A stretch of DNA of 64,000 nucleotides from Lysobacterales bacterium (GCA_035292625.1 DATDPS010000056.1:12250-76249), one strand, 5' to 3'; numbered from the stretch's first letter, positions 21,507 through 31,652 are shown. Notes: generated from the letters alone by a model not told the origin. Translations and numbers: made by a program.

Positions 21507-22973
21507 CTACAGCAGAACGACATCAAACTGCTCCTGGGAATACTGTTCTTCAGTCTGGAATCGGATGGACTTACCGATGAGTTCCTCCAGTTCAGCCACG
21601 GTCGCAGACTGCTCGTCAAGAATTTGTGTTACGACCGCCGGCGAGGCCATCACCAAGAGCTTTTGGGCCTCAAATTGCCTGCCAGAGCGCATGATTTCGC
21701 GGAAAATCTCCATGCACACGGTATTGCTGCTCTTGATGGTCCCACGGCCCGAACAAACCGGACAAGTTATGCATAGCCTGTGCTCAAGGCTTTCAGTGGT
21801 GCGCTTGCGCGTCATTTCGACCAGGCCCAGCTCCGACAGCTCCGACACTTTGATCTTGGCATGGTCGCGTTCCAGGGCACGGTGCAACGACCTCATGACC
21901 TGGCGTTGGTGCTCCTCGTTGTCCATGTCGATAAAATCGACAATGATGATGCCGCCAAGATTGCGTAATCGAAGGTGCCGGGCCAAAACCTGGGTGGCTT
22001 CCAGGTTGGTTTTGTATATTGTTTCCTCCAGGTTACGGCTGCCCACAAAACCCCCGGTATTCACATCGATGGTGGTCATCGCTTCCGTCTGATCGAACAC
22101 GAGGTATCCCCCCGACTTGAGCGGAACCTGGCGTTGCAGGGCAGCTTCGATTTCGTCCTCGATTCCGAACAAGTCGAAGATCGGCCGCTCGCCCGTATAG
22201 GCTTCAATGCGTTCACACCAGTCAGGAACGAAGCTTCCGGCAAATCGAAGCGCCTGCTGCAGCGTGTCCGCATTGTCAATCCGCACTCGCTCGACTTTCT
22301 CGTGCATCAGGTCACGCAAGGTCCGCAGCGGCAATGACAGGTCCTCAAAAACACAGCTGGCCATTTCTGCGCGAACTACCTGGTCCTGAATTGACTGCCA
22401 AACTTTGCCAAGGTATGCCATGTCGGCAGACAAGGCGAAGCCGCTGACTCCCTCGGCATTGGTGCGTACGATGTAGCCATGTCCGCTGGCTTCGTCCCGC
22501 ACGGTGTGCACCAGCTGCTTGAGCCTGGCCCTTTCTTCTTCCGCTTCAATCCGGGCAGAGACGCCGATGGATCCGCAGTTGGGCAACAGCACCAGGAACC
22601 GGGAAGGAATGCTGATGTTGGAAGTCAGCCGCGCACCTTTGGAACCCATTGGGTCCTTGATGACCTGGACGATCACTTCCTGGCCCGGGCGCAGCAGGCT
22701 GGCTATCGAGACAGTTGGGGTATCGACGCTCCCCGGGGAAGCATCCTGCCGCATCATGTCGGCAACATGCAGGAAAGCCGTCCGCTCCAGGCCGATATCG
22801 ACGAACGCTGCCTGCAAGCCTGGCAGGACGCGGGAAACCTGGCCCTTGAAGATGCTGCCAATGTAGCCATTTTGGCCAGCCCGCTCCAGCCAGACTTCCT
22901 GCAGCATGCCACCGTCGACCAACGCCACCCGGGATTCCGAGGGCGTCGCATTGATCAAAATTTCCTCGCTCAC
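21507..22973 (-). CDS. rng: Ribonuclease G
   Basis: 488 aa with an S1 domain (GSIFKGQVSRVLPGLQAAFVDIG) and an RNase E/G catalytic core (GGIIIVDFIDM). The maf-rng synteny is present. Confidence 0.92.
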   Translation of the reverse strand: MSEEILINATPSESRVALVDGGMLQEVWLERAGQNGYIGSIFKGQVSRVLPGLQAAFVDIGLERTAFLHVADMMRQDASPGSVDTPTVSIASLLRPGQEVIVQVIKDPMGSKGARLTSNISIPSRFLVLLPNCGSIGVSARIEAEEERARLKQLVHTVRDEASGHGYIVRTNAEGVSGFALSADMAYLGKVWQSIQDQVVRAEMASCVFEDLSLPLRTLRDLMHEKVERVRIDNADTLQQALRFAGSFVPDWCERIEAYTGERPIFDLFGIEDEIEAALQRQVPLKSGGYLVFDQTEAMTTIDVNTGGFVGSRNLEETIYKTNLEATQVLARHLRLRNLGGIIIVDFIDMDNEEHQRQVMRSLHRALERDHAKIKVSELSELGLVEMTRKRTTESLEHRLCITCPVCSGRGTIKSSNTVCMEIFREIMRSGRQFEAQKLLVMASPAVVTQILDEQSATVAELEELIGKSIRFQTEEQYSQEQFDVVLL

Positions 22974-23031
22974 GGGCGAATATTCATTTCCAGGATGAGC
23001 TCAGGATAACACCCGGGGCTCGTGATAAAGT

Positions 23032-23628
23032 TCAATTCAGGTTAACTTCGGGTAATAACGGGATTCCCGCACAACGCAGCAAGTCGGCAGTTTCAAACAG
23101 GGGCAGACCCATCACACCGGAGTAACTACCCGCCAGTCTGCTGATGTGTTGAGCGGCACGACCCTGAATTGCATAAGCCCCAGCCTTGTCCATGGGCTCC
23201 TTGATGGCACAGTAGAAAGCGATCCACCGTTCGTCGATAGGCCCAAATGTCACCTCGGAGATACTCAGGCGAAGATCTTCGATCCCGGCAGGCAGGAGCA
23301 ATGAAACGGCTGAGTACACCTTGTGCGTCTGACCGGACAGGCGGCGTAACATATCTGCTGCATGGTCGGTGTCAGCAGGCTTGCCCATGATTTGGCCATT
23401 GAGCACGACCGCGGTATCTGCGGCCAGGACCGGCAAATGGGTGCGTGTGGCGGAAGCCGCCCACCTGGCTTTCTCCAGTGCGATGCGGCAAACGTAATCT
23501 GCAGCTGCCTCGCCGGCTAACGCCGTTTCGTCCACGGCGGCGCCAAACACTTCGTATTCCAGCCCGATCTGGTCCAATAACTCCCTGCGCCGGGATGACC
23601 CCGAGGCCAATAGCAGTTGGACTGTCAT
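23032..23628 (-). CDS. maf: Maf-like nucleoside triphosphate pyrophosphatase
   Basis: 198 aa with LLASGSSRRRELLDQIG at the N-terminus and the GAYAIQG motif. Confidence 0.9.
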   Translation of the reverse strand: MTVQLLLASGSSRRRELLDQIGLEYEVFGAAVDETALAGEAAADYVCRIALEKARWAASATRTHLPVLAADTAVVLNGQIMGKPADTDHAADMLRRLSGQTHKVYSAVSLLLPAGIEDLRLSISEVTFGPIDERWIAFYCAIKEPMDKAGAYAIQGRAAQHISRLAGSYSGVMGLPLFETADLLRCAGIPLLPEVNLN

Positions 23629-23646
23629 ATCGTATTTCCCACGCTT

Positions 23647-24117
23647 TCAATCCCGGTGATAAGGGTGATTCTGCGTGATGGTCCAGGCGCGGTACAACTG
23701 TTCAGCGAGAACGATCCGCACCAATGGGTGGGGCAGGGTCAGCGGGCCGAGCGACCAGCGGTGGTCTGCTTGCGCCAGGCTCTCGTCGGAGAAACCATCC
23801 GGGCCGCCCACCAGGAATGCCACATCCCGTCCGTTTTGCATCCATGCTTGCATTTGCGAGGATAGTTCAGCGCTTGTCCACTGCCGGCCCCGTTCATCCA
23901 AGGCAATCACGTAATTGTTATCCGGCACCGCCGACAAAAGGGCCTCGCACTCGCGGCGGCGAACTGACTCAATATCTGCATTATGGGATCGCTTGATGGC
24001 GGGGATTTCCCGCAATTCCAGGCTCAAACCACGTGAAAAACGTCGGGCATATTCGCACCAGCCCTGTGTGACCCAGGATGGCATTCGCTGGCCGATTGCC
24101 ACGGCGGTAAGGCGCAT
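23647..24117 (-). CDS. rlmH: 23S rRNA (pseudouridine1915-N3)-methyltransferase RlmH
   Basis: 156 aa SPOUT-type protein (FLVGGPDGF, HPLVRIVLAEQLYRAW..NHPYH). Confidence 0.92.
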   Translation of the reverse strand: MRLTAVAIGQRMPSWVTQGWCEYARRFSRGLSLELREIPAIKRSHNADIESVRRRECEALLSAVPDNNYVIALDERGRQWTSAELSSQMQAWMQNGRDVAFLVGGPDGFSDESLAQADHRWSLGPLTLPHPLVRIVLAEQLYRAWTITQNHPYHRD

Positions 24118-24132
24118 GGTTCCTCGTGCTTT

Positions 24133-24516
24133 TCAGGCTGGCGCGGTGGCGCTGGTACGACGGCTGCTGCTGGTTTCCCAAAGTTTCTCGAGATTATAGA
24201 AAGCGCGGGTTTTGGGCAGCATCAAATGCACGATGATGTCATTGAGGTCAACCAATACCCATTCTGCCTGTCCCTGCCCTTCCACGCCCAACGGGGGGCA
24301 GCCGGCTACCTTGGCTTTCATGACGAGATTCTCCGCCATCGATTTCACATGGCGGGTCGAGCTTCCCGAGGCGATGATGAACCGCTCAGTTAACGGGTTC
24401 TGGGCAGAAACGTCAATTTCCTGGATGTCGATTGCTTTGAAGTCCTCCAGCGCATCGAGTACCAGTTGCCGGAGTTGATGTAAGGTTGGTGCGCCGTGGG
24501 CCGCTTTTTTGGTCAA
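24133..24516 (-). CDS. rsfS: Ribosomal silencing factor RsfS
   Basis: 127 aa (FIIASGSSTRHVKS, WVLVDLNDIIVHLM). The nadD-rsfS-rlmH synteny is present. Confidence 0.9.
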   Translation of the reverse strand: MTKKAAHGAPTLHQLRQLVLDALEDFKAIDIQEIDVSAQNPLTERFIIASGSSTRHVKSMAENLVMKAKVAGCPPLGVEGQGQAEWVLVDLNDIIVHLMLPKTRAFYNLEKLWETSSSRRTSATAPA

Positions 24517-24590
24517 AAGATGTGTCCACCCCTGGTTAATTTAAACAATTCTATCCTTTCAACGGCAGCGCCGCAAAAACTAAAAGTAAT

Positions 24591-25232
24591 TTAATGGTAA
24601 AGCCCGTGGGCATGAATGTAATCAATAACTTTGTCCGGCAGGAGGAATCGAACGGACTTTCTCCTTTCAATCTGCTGCCGTATGTACGAAGACGAGATGG
24701 CGAGCTGCGTGACTTCCAGGGGCAGAACTGCTCCTGCCACCGAATCGAACAAGCGGCGCGGATCATTGGTCAACCGCGGTTGCACCTGCCGGAACAAGGC
24801 GCCCGAGTAGACATGCCGGGACTCCGGTCTGCGCATGATGACGATATGCGCCAGCGCAAATAGCTGCCGCCACTCATGCCAGGAATCAAGGACATTGGCA
24901 GTGTCCTGGCCAATCATGAGAAGCAATGGAACTTCACCCACTTGACGGCGAATTTCCGTCAGCGTGTCCACCATGTAGGAGTAACCGCCGCGCCGAACTT
25001 CACGGTCATCGGCCGTCAGTTCCATATGGCCCTCCAATGCCAGGCGGAGCATGGCCAGCCGGTGCTCCGCAGAAGCAAAAATAACGGAACGGTGCGGTGG
25101 ATTGCCAGCTGGCAAGAGCCGCAATTCACCCAGCGACAGCAATTCCCCTGCTTCCTCTGCAGCTCTCAGGTGACCAAAGTGCACGGGGTCAAAAGTGCCG
25201 CCAAAAATACCGATCATGCGGGATTTGACCAT
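24591..25232 (-). CDS. nadD: Nicotinate-nucleotide adenylyltransferase
   Basis: The ORF runs to 25325, but the conserved start region (MVKSRMIGIFGGTFDPVHFGHL) begins at 25232 or 25217, after the holA stop at 25262. Confidence 0.9.
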   Translation of the reverse strand: MVKSRMIGIFGGTFDPVHFGHLRAAEEAGELLSLGELRLLPAGNPPHRSVIFASAEHRLAMLRLALEGHMELTADDREVRRGGYSYMVDTLTEIRRQVGEVPLLLMIGQDTANVLDSWHEWRQLFALAHIVIMRRPESRHVYSGALFRQVQPRLTNDPRRLFDSVAGAVLPLEVTQLAISSSYIRQQIERRKSVRFLLPDKVIDYIHAHGLYH

Positions 25233-25261
25233 GGGGTTACTGATTGCACCGGAACACCTGA

Positions 25262-26317
25262 CTATCGCTGCACTGATCGGGATGCGAGAGATCGGCCAGG
25301 TCCCGGGCGGGCTTCGCCGGAGCACATTTCCAGCAACAAGCCATTCAGCGTGTGCCAGGGATCGCCGGCCGCACGCCCCTTGCCTTGGCGATCGAGCAGG
25401 GCTAGCGCACGGAAAGAATCGCCAATTTGGCGGCCTGATAACCTGCGCAAGGCCTGTCGAAACGCCGGCTGGGTCATCTTGAACACCCGTAGTCGATCAA
25501 GCGCCACACTTTCGCTTTCGCCCCCGTGCACTGCGCAATAGACCGCGTTGAGCTGACCCAGCTGATAGCTCAGCGCGCCGGCGACCTCCTGGATCGCAAC
25601 CCCGGTACGTTGCAGACCGGCCGCGACTTTGACGCAGTCGTCTGCCCGTCCGGCAAGCACACATTCGCCAAGTCGAAACGCATCAAAACGCGAGTTGTTG
25701 GCCGAAGACTGGCGGATCATCTCCGCGCTCACTGTGCCGGGCGGATCAAACATTACCAGCTTGTCGATTTCCTGCTGCGCGGCCAGCAGGTTTCCTTCCG
25801 CCAGATCGGCGAGCAGACCGACAGCGTCACGCTCCGGCTGCAGCCCACTCGAACGCATGCGTTGTTCAATCCACGCCGGAAGCTCGTGCGCCTTTACCGG
25901 CCAGATCTCGATCAGCACACCCGCTTTCGCCACATCGCTGGCCCAACGCGACTTGCGTGAAGCCGCATCCCACTCATCGCATGAGACAAGCAGCAATACG
26001 TCCGGATGGGAAGTCTTGACCCAATCGGCAAGCGCTTTCCCCCCGCTCTGTCCGGGCTTGCCGGAGGGCAAGCGCAAATCGATGGTTTTACGAATTGAAA
26101 ACAGCGACTGTTCCATGCCAGCACTTTGCAGCATGGCCCAGTCAAAATTCTTACCGGCTTCATAAACCACACGCTCTAGATAACCGTGTTGCCTGGCAGC
26201 GCCAAGCACCAGGTCACGCGATTCCTGCACCAGTAGCGGTTCGGCTCCGGCTATCAGGTAAACCGGGGCCAATTGTTTTGCCAGGGACCGCTGCAGCTGT
26301 TCAGGTCTGATTTGCAT
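25262..26317 (-). CDS. holA: DNA polymerase III delta subunit
   Basis: 351 aa with the N-terminus LAPVYLIAGAEPLLVQE. The conserved leuS-lptE-holA order is present. Confidence 0.85.
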   Translation of the reverse strand: MQIRPEQLQRSLAKQLAPVYLIAGAEPLLVQESRDLVLGAARQHGYLERVVYEAGKNFDWAMLQSAGMEQSLFSIRKTIDLRLPSGKPGQSGGKALADWVKTSHPDVLLLVSCDEWDAASRKSRWASDVAKAGVLIEIWPVKAHELPAWIEQRMRSSGLQPERDAVGLLADLAEGNLLAAQQEIDKLVMFDPPGTVSAEMIRQSSANNSRFDAFRLGECVLAGRADDCVKVAAGLQRTGVAIQEVAGALSYQLGQLNAVYCAVHGGESESVALDRLRVFKMTQPAFRQALRRLSGRQIGDSFRALALLDRQGKGRAAGDPWHTLNGLLLEMCSGEARPGPGRSLASRSVQR

Positions 26318-26329
26318 CGAACGGGTAAT

Positions 26330-26827
26330 TCACGACTGGCCGCCCACAACTTCCAGGCGCGAAACAAGCAGTCGCGAGATCGTTTCTGCCAGGTCTTGCT
26401 TGACGTATTCCTGTTCGCGTGAAAGAGCCAGGATGCGTTGCTCGTCGAAACTGATGTCACGTGTTTGGCGAATGGTTTGCAGGGGAATGATTTCCTTGCC
26501 CCCCGCGCCCAGCAGGCGGAATTGCAGCGTATGGCTGATCCGGTATTCCCGCACACGCGCATTATCGCCAATGGTGAGCACTTCAGTGGTAACCTGATTC
26601 TGCGGAATTTCCAGTATCGCCGTTGCTTGCCGGGCCGAAACGAAATTCACCCCTGACTGTTCCAGCAACACCCGGACCCTGCGAGCCACTGTACTGTATT
26701 CGTCATCAATTACCATCTGCGTCTGATTCATTTCCGGCGGCAATTGTGCACTCCCGCGCAACTGAAAACCACAGCCGGACAAAAGCAGCAGCGCAGTGAG
26801 CAGAATCATGTTGCGTGAAGTCATCAC
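26330..26827 (-). CDS. lptE: LPS-assembly lipoprotein LptE
   Basis: 165 aa with a lipobox LLLSGCGF. It lies between leuS and holA. Confidence 0.85.
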   Translation of the reverse strand: MMTSRNMILLTALLLLSGCGFQLRGSAQLPPEMNQTQMVIDDEYSTVARRVRVLLEQSGVNFVSARQATAILEIPQNQVTTEVLTIGDNARVREYRISHTLQFRLLGAGGKEIIPLQTIRQTRDISFDEQRILALSREQEYVKQDLAETISRLLVSRLEVVGGQS

Positions 26828-26831
26828 CTGC

Positions 26832-29441
26832 TCAGCCTACTACAATATTGAGCAGGCGGTCAGGAACATGAATCACCTTGTGCACTGGCTTACCCGTCAC
26901 GTGCCGTTGCACGTTTTCCAGGTCCAGCGCCAATTGCAAGGCTGATTCCCGCGACAATCCGGGCTCGGCTTCCAGGCGCGCACGCACTTTTCCGTTCACC
27001 TGTACCACCAGGGTCACCTGCGAACGCACGCGCGCTGACTCGTCGGCTGCAGGCCAGGGTGCTGCATACAAGGGCCCTTTCTCGCCCAGGGCCGCCCACA
27101 GCGCCTCGCAAATGTGCGGCGTGATAGGGTTCAGCATGCGCACCACGGCCAACCAGGCTTCCTGCCTGACCGCCTTGCCCTGGCCACCAGGATCGCCGAA
27201 CTTCGACAGGTGATTGCTCAATTCCATGATGGCGGCAATCGCTGTGTTGAAGGTATAGCGCCGGCCGATGTCATCGCCCACCTTGGCGATGGTGTCATGA
27301 ACCAGACGTCGCATCTCCCGTTGATCCGGATTCAGCGCTCCGGGATCCAGCGCCTGGCAACTCCCGCCATTGGCATGTTGCATAACCTGGGACCAGATTC
27401 GGCGCAGGAAACGGGAAGCGCCTTCGACGCCGGAATCAGACCATTCCAGGGACTGGTCCGGCGGTGCGGCGAACATGGAAAACAAACGCACACAATCTGC
27501 GCCGTATCGCTCCACCAGGCCTTGTGGATCAACACCGTTGTTCCTGGATTTCGACATCTTTTCCACCGCCCCGATGGAGACCGCGCCTCCATCTGCGCGC
27601 AGCACCGCACCCACTGGTTTGCCTTTTGCATCCCGCGTTATTTCAACTTCAGCAGGGTTGACCCAGCGCACGAAGCCATCCGCAGCTTCGCGGTAGTAGG
27701 TTTCTGCCACCACCATGCCCTGGCACAGCAGGTGCGTGGCAGGTTCATTGCCATCCACCATTCCTGCATCCCGCAACAGGCGGTGATAGAAACGAAAATA
27801 CATCAGGTGAAGAATGGCGTGCTCAATCCCCCCGATGTATTGGTCCACCGGAAGCCAGTACCGGGCGCGTTCGTCCAGTTGCGCCCCGGCCCCGGGGCAA
27901 CAATAACGGGCGTAGTACCAGGAAGATTCCATGAAGGTATCAAACGTATCTGTTTCCCGTTCGGCATCAGCGCCACACTGGGGACAGGTGGTCTTGCGCC
28001 ATTCCGGGTCCGCCTTGATCGGTGACTGAACCCCCATGAAGGTTACGTCCTCTGGCAGCACCACGGGTAATTGTTCCTCGGGGACCGGCACCGCCAGGCA
28101 ATGTGGACAGTAAATCACCGGAATGGGACAACCCCAGTAACGCTGGCGGCTGACACCCCAGTCACGCAGACGGAAATTGACTTTCCGCTCCCCAAGGTCA
28201 TTTTCTTCGAGCCAGTCAATTGCTTTCTGTTTGGCTTGGGCCACCTCCAGTCCGTCCAGCCAGGCGCTGTTGATGGCCGGACCATCCCCCGTAAAGGCGT
28301 CGCCCTCCCAACCAGGCGGTGGCTGCACCGTGCGGATGATGGGCAGGTTGTGGCTCTTGGCAAAATCCCAGTCGCGTTGGTCCTGCCCGGGCACTGCCAT
28401 GATGGCTCCCGTGCCGTAAGCCATCAGCACATAATCGGCAATGTACAGTGGCACCGGCTTTTCCGTGAACGGGTTGAACAGGTAGGCGCCGGTGAATACG
28501 CCGCGTTTTTCAAGACCCCCTTCGAGCGCCAGTCGGTCCATCTCCGATGCGGCCCTGGCTTGGCTGACGAAAGCGCCCACCCGTACTGACTGTGCTGGCG
28601 TGGTAACCTGGTCAAGCAGCGGGTGTTCTGGAGCCAGCACCGCATAGGTCATTCCAAAAGCCGTATCGGGACGCGTGGTGTACACCCGGACCTGTAAATT
28701 GCGCGGGTCGCGCTGGCCGTCTTCACTGCAAACGCTCATGGCGAATTCAGCGCCTTCGGAGCGCCCAATCCAGTTGCGTTGCATGGTCTTGACGGCTTCC
28801 GGCCAGTGCTCCAGTTGATCGAGTCCCTGCAGCAGTTGCTCGGCGTAATCAGTGATACGCAGGAACCACTGTGGAATGGATTTCTTTTCCACCAGCGCCC
28901 CCGATCGCCAGCCCCGCCCGTCAACCACTTGTTCATTGGCGAGCACTGTCTGGTCTACCGGATCCCAGTTCACTTCAGAGTCCTTGCGGTACGCCAGGCC
29001 TTGTTTCATCAGGCGGGTGAACATGAGTTGTTCCCAGCGGTAGTACTCGGGCTTGCAAGTGGTGACTTCCCGCGACCAGTCGTAGGCAAATCCCAGCCGC
29101 TTGAGCTGGGTTTTCATATGCTGGATATTGGTGTAAGTCCAGCTGGCAGGCGCGGTGTTATTACTGATTGCAGCATTCTCTGCGGGCAGCCCAAAAGCGT
29201 CCCAGCCCATGGGTTGCAACACGTTACGGCCACACATACGGTGGTATCGGCTGATCACATCGCCGATGGTGTAATTGCGCACATGTCCCATGTGCAAGGC
29301 ACCTGATGGGTAGGGCAACATGGACAGACAGTAAAACTTTTCGCCGCGGCCGTTTTCGTCCGCGCGGAACGCCTCTTCGTCCTGCCAGCGCTGTTGTACC
29401 CGAAGTTCGATTTCTGCGGGTTGGTAAACCTGCTCAGCCAT
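26832..29441 (-). CDS. leuS: Leucine--tRNA ligase
   Basis: About 869 aa with class I motifs (PYPSGALHMGH as the HIGH variant, and KMSKS). The likely start is MAEQVYQP at 29441. Confidence 0.96.
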   Translation of the reverse strand: MAEQVYQPAEIELRVQQRWQDEEAFRADENGRGEKFYCLSMLPYPSGALHMGHVRNYTIGDVISRYHRMCGRNVLQPMGWDAFGLPAENAAISNNTAPASWTYTNIQHMKTQLKRLGFAYDWSREVTTCKPEYYRWEQLMFTRLMKQGLAYRKDSEVNWDPVDQTVLANEQVVDGRGWRSGALVEKKSIPQWFLRITDYAEQLLQGLDQLEHWPEAVKTMQRNWIGRSEGAEFAMSVCSEDGQRDPRNLQVRVYTTRPDTAFGMTYAVLAPEHPLLDQVTTPAQSVRVGAFVSQARAASEMDRLALEGGLEKRGVFTGAYLFNPFTEKPVPLYIADYVLMAYGTGAIMAVPGQDQRDWDFAKSHNLPIIRTVQPPPGWEGDAFTGDGPAINSAWLDGLEVAQAKQKAIDWLEENDLGERKVNFRLRDWGVSRQRYWGCPIPVIYCPHCLAVPVPEEQLPVVLPEDVTFMGVQSPIKADPEWRKTTCPQCGADAERETDTFDTFMESSWYYARYCCPGAGAQLDERARYWLPVDQYIGGIEHAILHLMYFRFYHRLLRDAGMVDGNEPATHLLCQGMVVAETYYREAADGFVRWVNPAEVEITRDAKGKPVGAVLRADGGAVSIGAVEKMSKSRNNGVDPQGLVERYGADCVRLFSMFAAPPDQSLEWSDSGVEGASRFLRRIWSQVMQHANGGSCQALDPGALNPDQREMRRLVHDTIAKVGDDIGRRYTFNTAIAAIMELSNHLSKFGDPGGQGKAVRQEAWLAVVRMLNPITPHICEALWAALGEKGPLYAAPWPAADESARVRSQVTLVVQVNGKVRARLEAEPGLSRESALQLALDLENVQRHVTGKPVHKVIHVPDRLLNIVVG

Positions 29442-29527
29442 GGTGAAATTCAATCCTCTGTCTCACAGCCGCATTCCCAGGGTTAGCAGACCATTGAAGT
29501 GCGGAAGCTTAACTGACCGTCAACACA

Positions 29528-29560
29528 TAAAAAAGGCTCTGGCTAAAGCCGCTGCCAGGA
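29528..29560 (-). terminator. Possible weak intrinsic terminator downstream of pgi
   Basis: The minus strand reads CTGGC-N10-GCCAG, then AGCC, then TTTTTT. The stem is short and imperfect, and it lies about 120 nt after the pgi stop. Confidence 0.3.
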
Positions 29561-29682
29561 GTTTCCAGCGCAGCATGAGCTCCATGCCGGGACGGGAAAT
29601 CATGCGGGACATCCTGGGGGCAATCAAGAAGGGGGAGCAACGCAGGGAAGCCCGGCCTGCAAGCACGCTTCAAATCTCCGCT

Positions 29683-31326
29683 TCAGCCTTGCCACACCCT
29701 CCGGATATGCGCTACCAGGCCGTCCAGTCCCGGGATACCGGGCCTGGTTGTTTTGCCGCTACCGGTGAGCGCTGGTTCGATACTGCTGGCCATTACCTTG
29801 CCAAGTTCCACGCCCCACTGGTCGAAGGCATTGATATTCCAGACCACGCTTTCCACGAAAACACTGTGCTCATAGAGCGCCAACATCTTGCCGAGATTTT
29901 CTGGCGTCAGTTCATCGATCAGGAAAATACTGGATGGCCGGCTGCCGGGCATGATCCGGTGTGGTAATAACTGCTCGATTTGCCCTGGTGATTTGCCTTC
30001 AGAGACCATTTGCGCCGAGGTTTCTTCCCGGCCGCGGCCGAGGGCGAGCGCCGAGGCCTGAGCCAACAGGTGAGACAGCAGTTCTGCTTGCGCCGCAGTG
30101 TCAGCGTGATCCGGCCGGATCACGCCAATGAAATCCAAAGGCACTACCGCAGTGCCCTGGTGGAAAGCCTGGAACAGGGCGTGCTGCGCATCGGTTCCAC
30201 AATCACCAAACACCAAGGGTGAGGTTTCAAGCCGCAACGGTTCTCCCTCGCGACTCACCGATTTTCCATTGGACTCCATTTGCACCTGCTGTAGCCAGGC
30301 CGGCAAACCCTGCAGGCGGCTGCCATAGGGTATGAGGGCGCGACACGGATAATTGCAGACGTTTCGATGCCAGCAGGACAACAACCCATGGATGAGTGGC
30401 AAATTATCCACCGGATGTGCTTCGCAGAAGTGGCGGTCCATGCTTGCTCCACCGGCGCACAGCTGGTCAAAGGCAGCGGGACCCATACTTATCGCAGCAG
30501 CGAGGCTTACCGGCGACCACAGTGAGTATCGGCCACCGGTCCATTCGCCCATTTGCATTATCTGGGATTCCGACACACCAAACGCAATGGCTTTGTCAAC
30601 CGCTGCAGTGACGGCAAAAAGTCGTTGCGCCGACGCCTGCGGATCCAGCGCGCTGTTCTGCCATTGCCTCAGACGACGTGCGTGGGACAAAACTTCACTG
30701 GTGGCAAAACTCTTGGAAACCAGGATGATGGCTGTTTCCCGCGGATCAATGGTAGCCAGCAGGCGTTCCCGTTCCCATGCGTCCACCGAGCTGATGAAAT
30801 GTACTTCTGGTGCTCGTTCAGAACCAGGAAAGGCGTGGCACAACAGGCGCGGCCCCAGAAGTGAGCCCCCTATTCCAACGTGTATTACGTGACGAATGCG
30901 TTGGCTGGAAGCAGATTCACCGGACGGCAGGTGGCCCTGGTGCATGGCGGTAGCAATTCTTCGCATGCGCTCAAGCGCTTGTATGCACTCCGTCGCTTCT
31001 GTCTTTGACAGCAGCTGATGGAAATTCCGTCCGCGCCAGAGCGTATGCAGAACCGCCCGGTTTTCTGTGTTATTGATGGGTTCACCGGCAAACAGCCGGC
31101 GACGCGCATCCGGTACGCCAGCTGCCTCTGCCAGGGCAAAAAGGGCAGAAAAATCATTGCCGTTCAGGGTCGTGCGGGAAAAATCGAACAACAAACCAGG
31201 AATCTGGCAGGAAAACTGTTCGAAACGATGCGCAGCAGAAATTATCAGTGAAGCCAGTTGTGGTCGTTTATTGTTGTTTTTTTGCAACATGCGGATAATT
31301 TCTTGTACCTGACCGCCGTTATGCAT
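29683..31326 (-). CDS. pgi: Glucose-6-phosphate isomerase
   Basis: 547 aa with PGI motifs (GIGGSLLGP, SKSFATSE, GGRYSLWS). An alternative start lies at 31290. Confidence 0.92.
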   Translation of the reverse strand: MHNGGQVQEIIRMLQKNNNKRPQLASLIISAAHRFEQFSCQIPGLLFDFSRTTLNGNDFSALFALAEAAGVPDARRRLFAGEPINNTENRAVLHTLWRGRNFHQLLSKTEATECIQALERMRRIATAMHQGHLPSGESASSQRIRHVIHVGIGGSLLGPRLLCHAFPGSERAPEVHFISSVDAWERERLLATIDPRETAIILVSKSFATSEVLSHARRLRQWQNSALDPQASAQRLFAVTAAVDKAIAFGVSESQIMQMGEWTGGRYSLWSPVSLAAAISMGPAAFDQLCAGGASMDRHFCEAHPVDNLPLIHGLLSCWHRNVCNYPCRALIPYGSRLQGLPAWLQQVQMESNGKSVSREGEPLRLETSPLVFGDCGTDAQHALFQAFHQGTAVVPLDFIGVIRPDHADTAAQAELLSHLLAQASALALGRGREETSAQMVSEGKSPGQIEQLLPHRIMPGSRPSSIFLIDELTPENLGKMLALYEHSVFVESVVWNINAFDQWGVELGKVMASSIEPALTGSGKTTRPGIPGLDGLVAHIRRVWQG

Positions 31327-31506
31327 GGCATTAACTCTCCGGATTCAAGGTCACGCTAGGCACTGATATCGTCTTGGCGTATACCGCCCAAAGCCTGGAT
31401 TGCACGTGCGGTTTTTTCGCTCGCGGCGCGCGAAACCAAGTAGTGAAGCGCTTTCAGGGCCTTACACTACGTCAGTATGCCGCATTTTGGTGCAATTATC
31501 GAAGGC

Positions 31507-31537
31507 AAAAAAAACCTCTCCCCCGTAAAGGGGAGAG
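31507..31537 (-). terminator. Strong rho-independent terminator (minus strand), ends folK transcript
   Basis: A perfect 9-bp GC-rich stem (CCTCTCCCC/GGGGAGAGG) with a 5-nt loop. On the minus strand it is followed by a run of 8 T (A8 at 31507-31514 on the plus strand). Confidence 0.85.
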
Positions 31538-31652
31538 GTAGGCTTTTGGAGTGATGTACCCGTCTTTCGCGCCCTGCGACCTTGTCAAACGTTGCAGTTT
31601 TACCAAGGTTGGTGGTAATAATACCACTATCCCCTCAAAATGCAAATGCATT

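Noticed and set aside
29454-29682. ORF 29440-29967(+) in the leuS-pgi spacer, considered as a possible small gene.
   Set aside because: Most of it is antisense to the pgi 3' end, and the translation has no motif and is Arg/Ser-rich. The spacer is better explained as the pgi terminator plus the leuS promoter.
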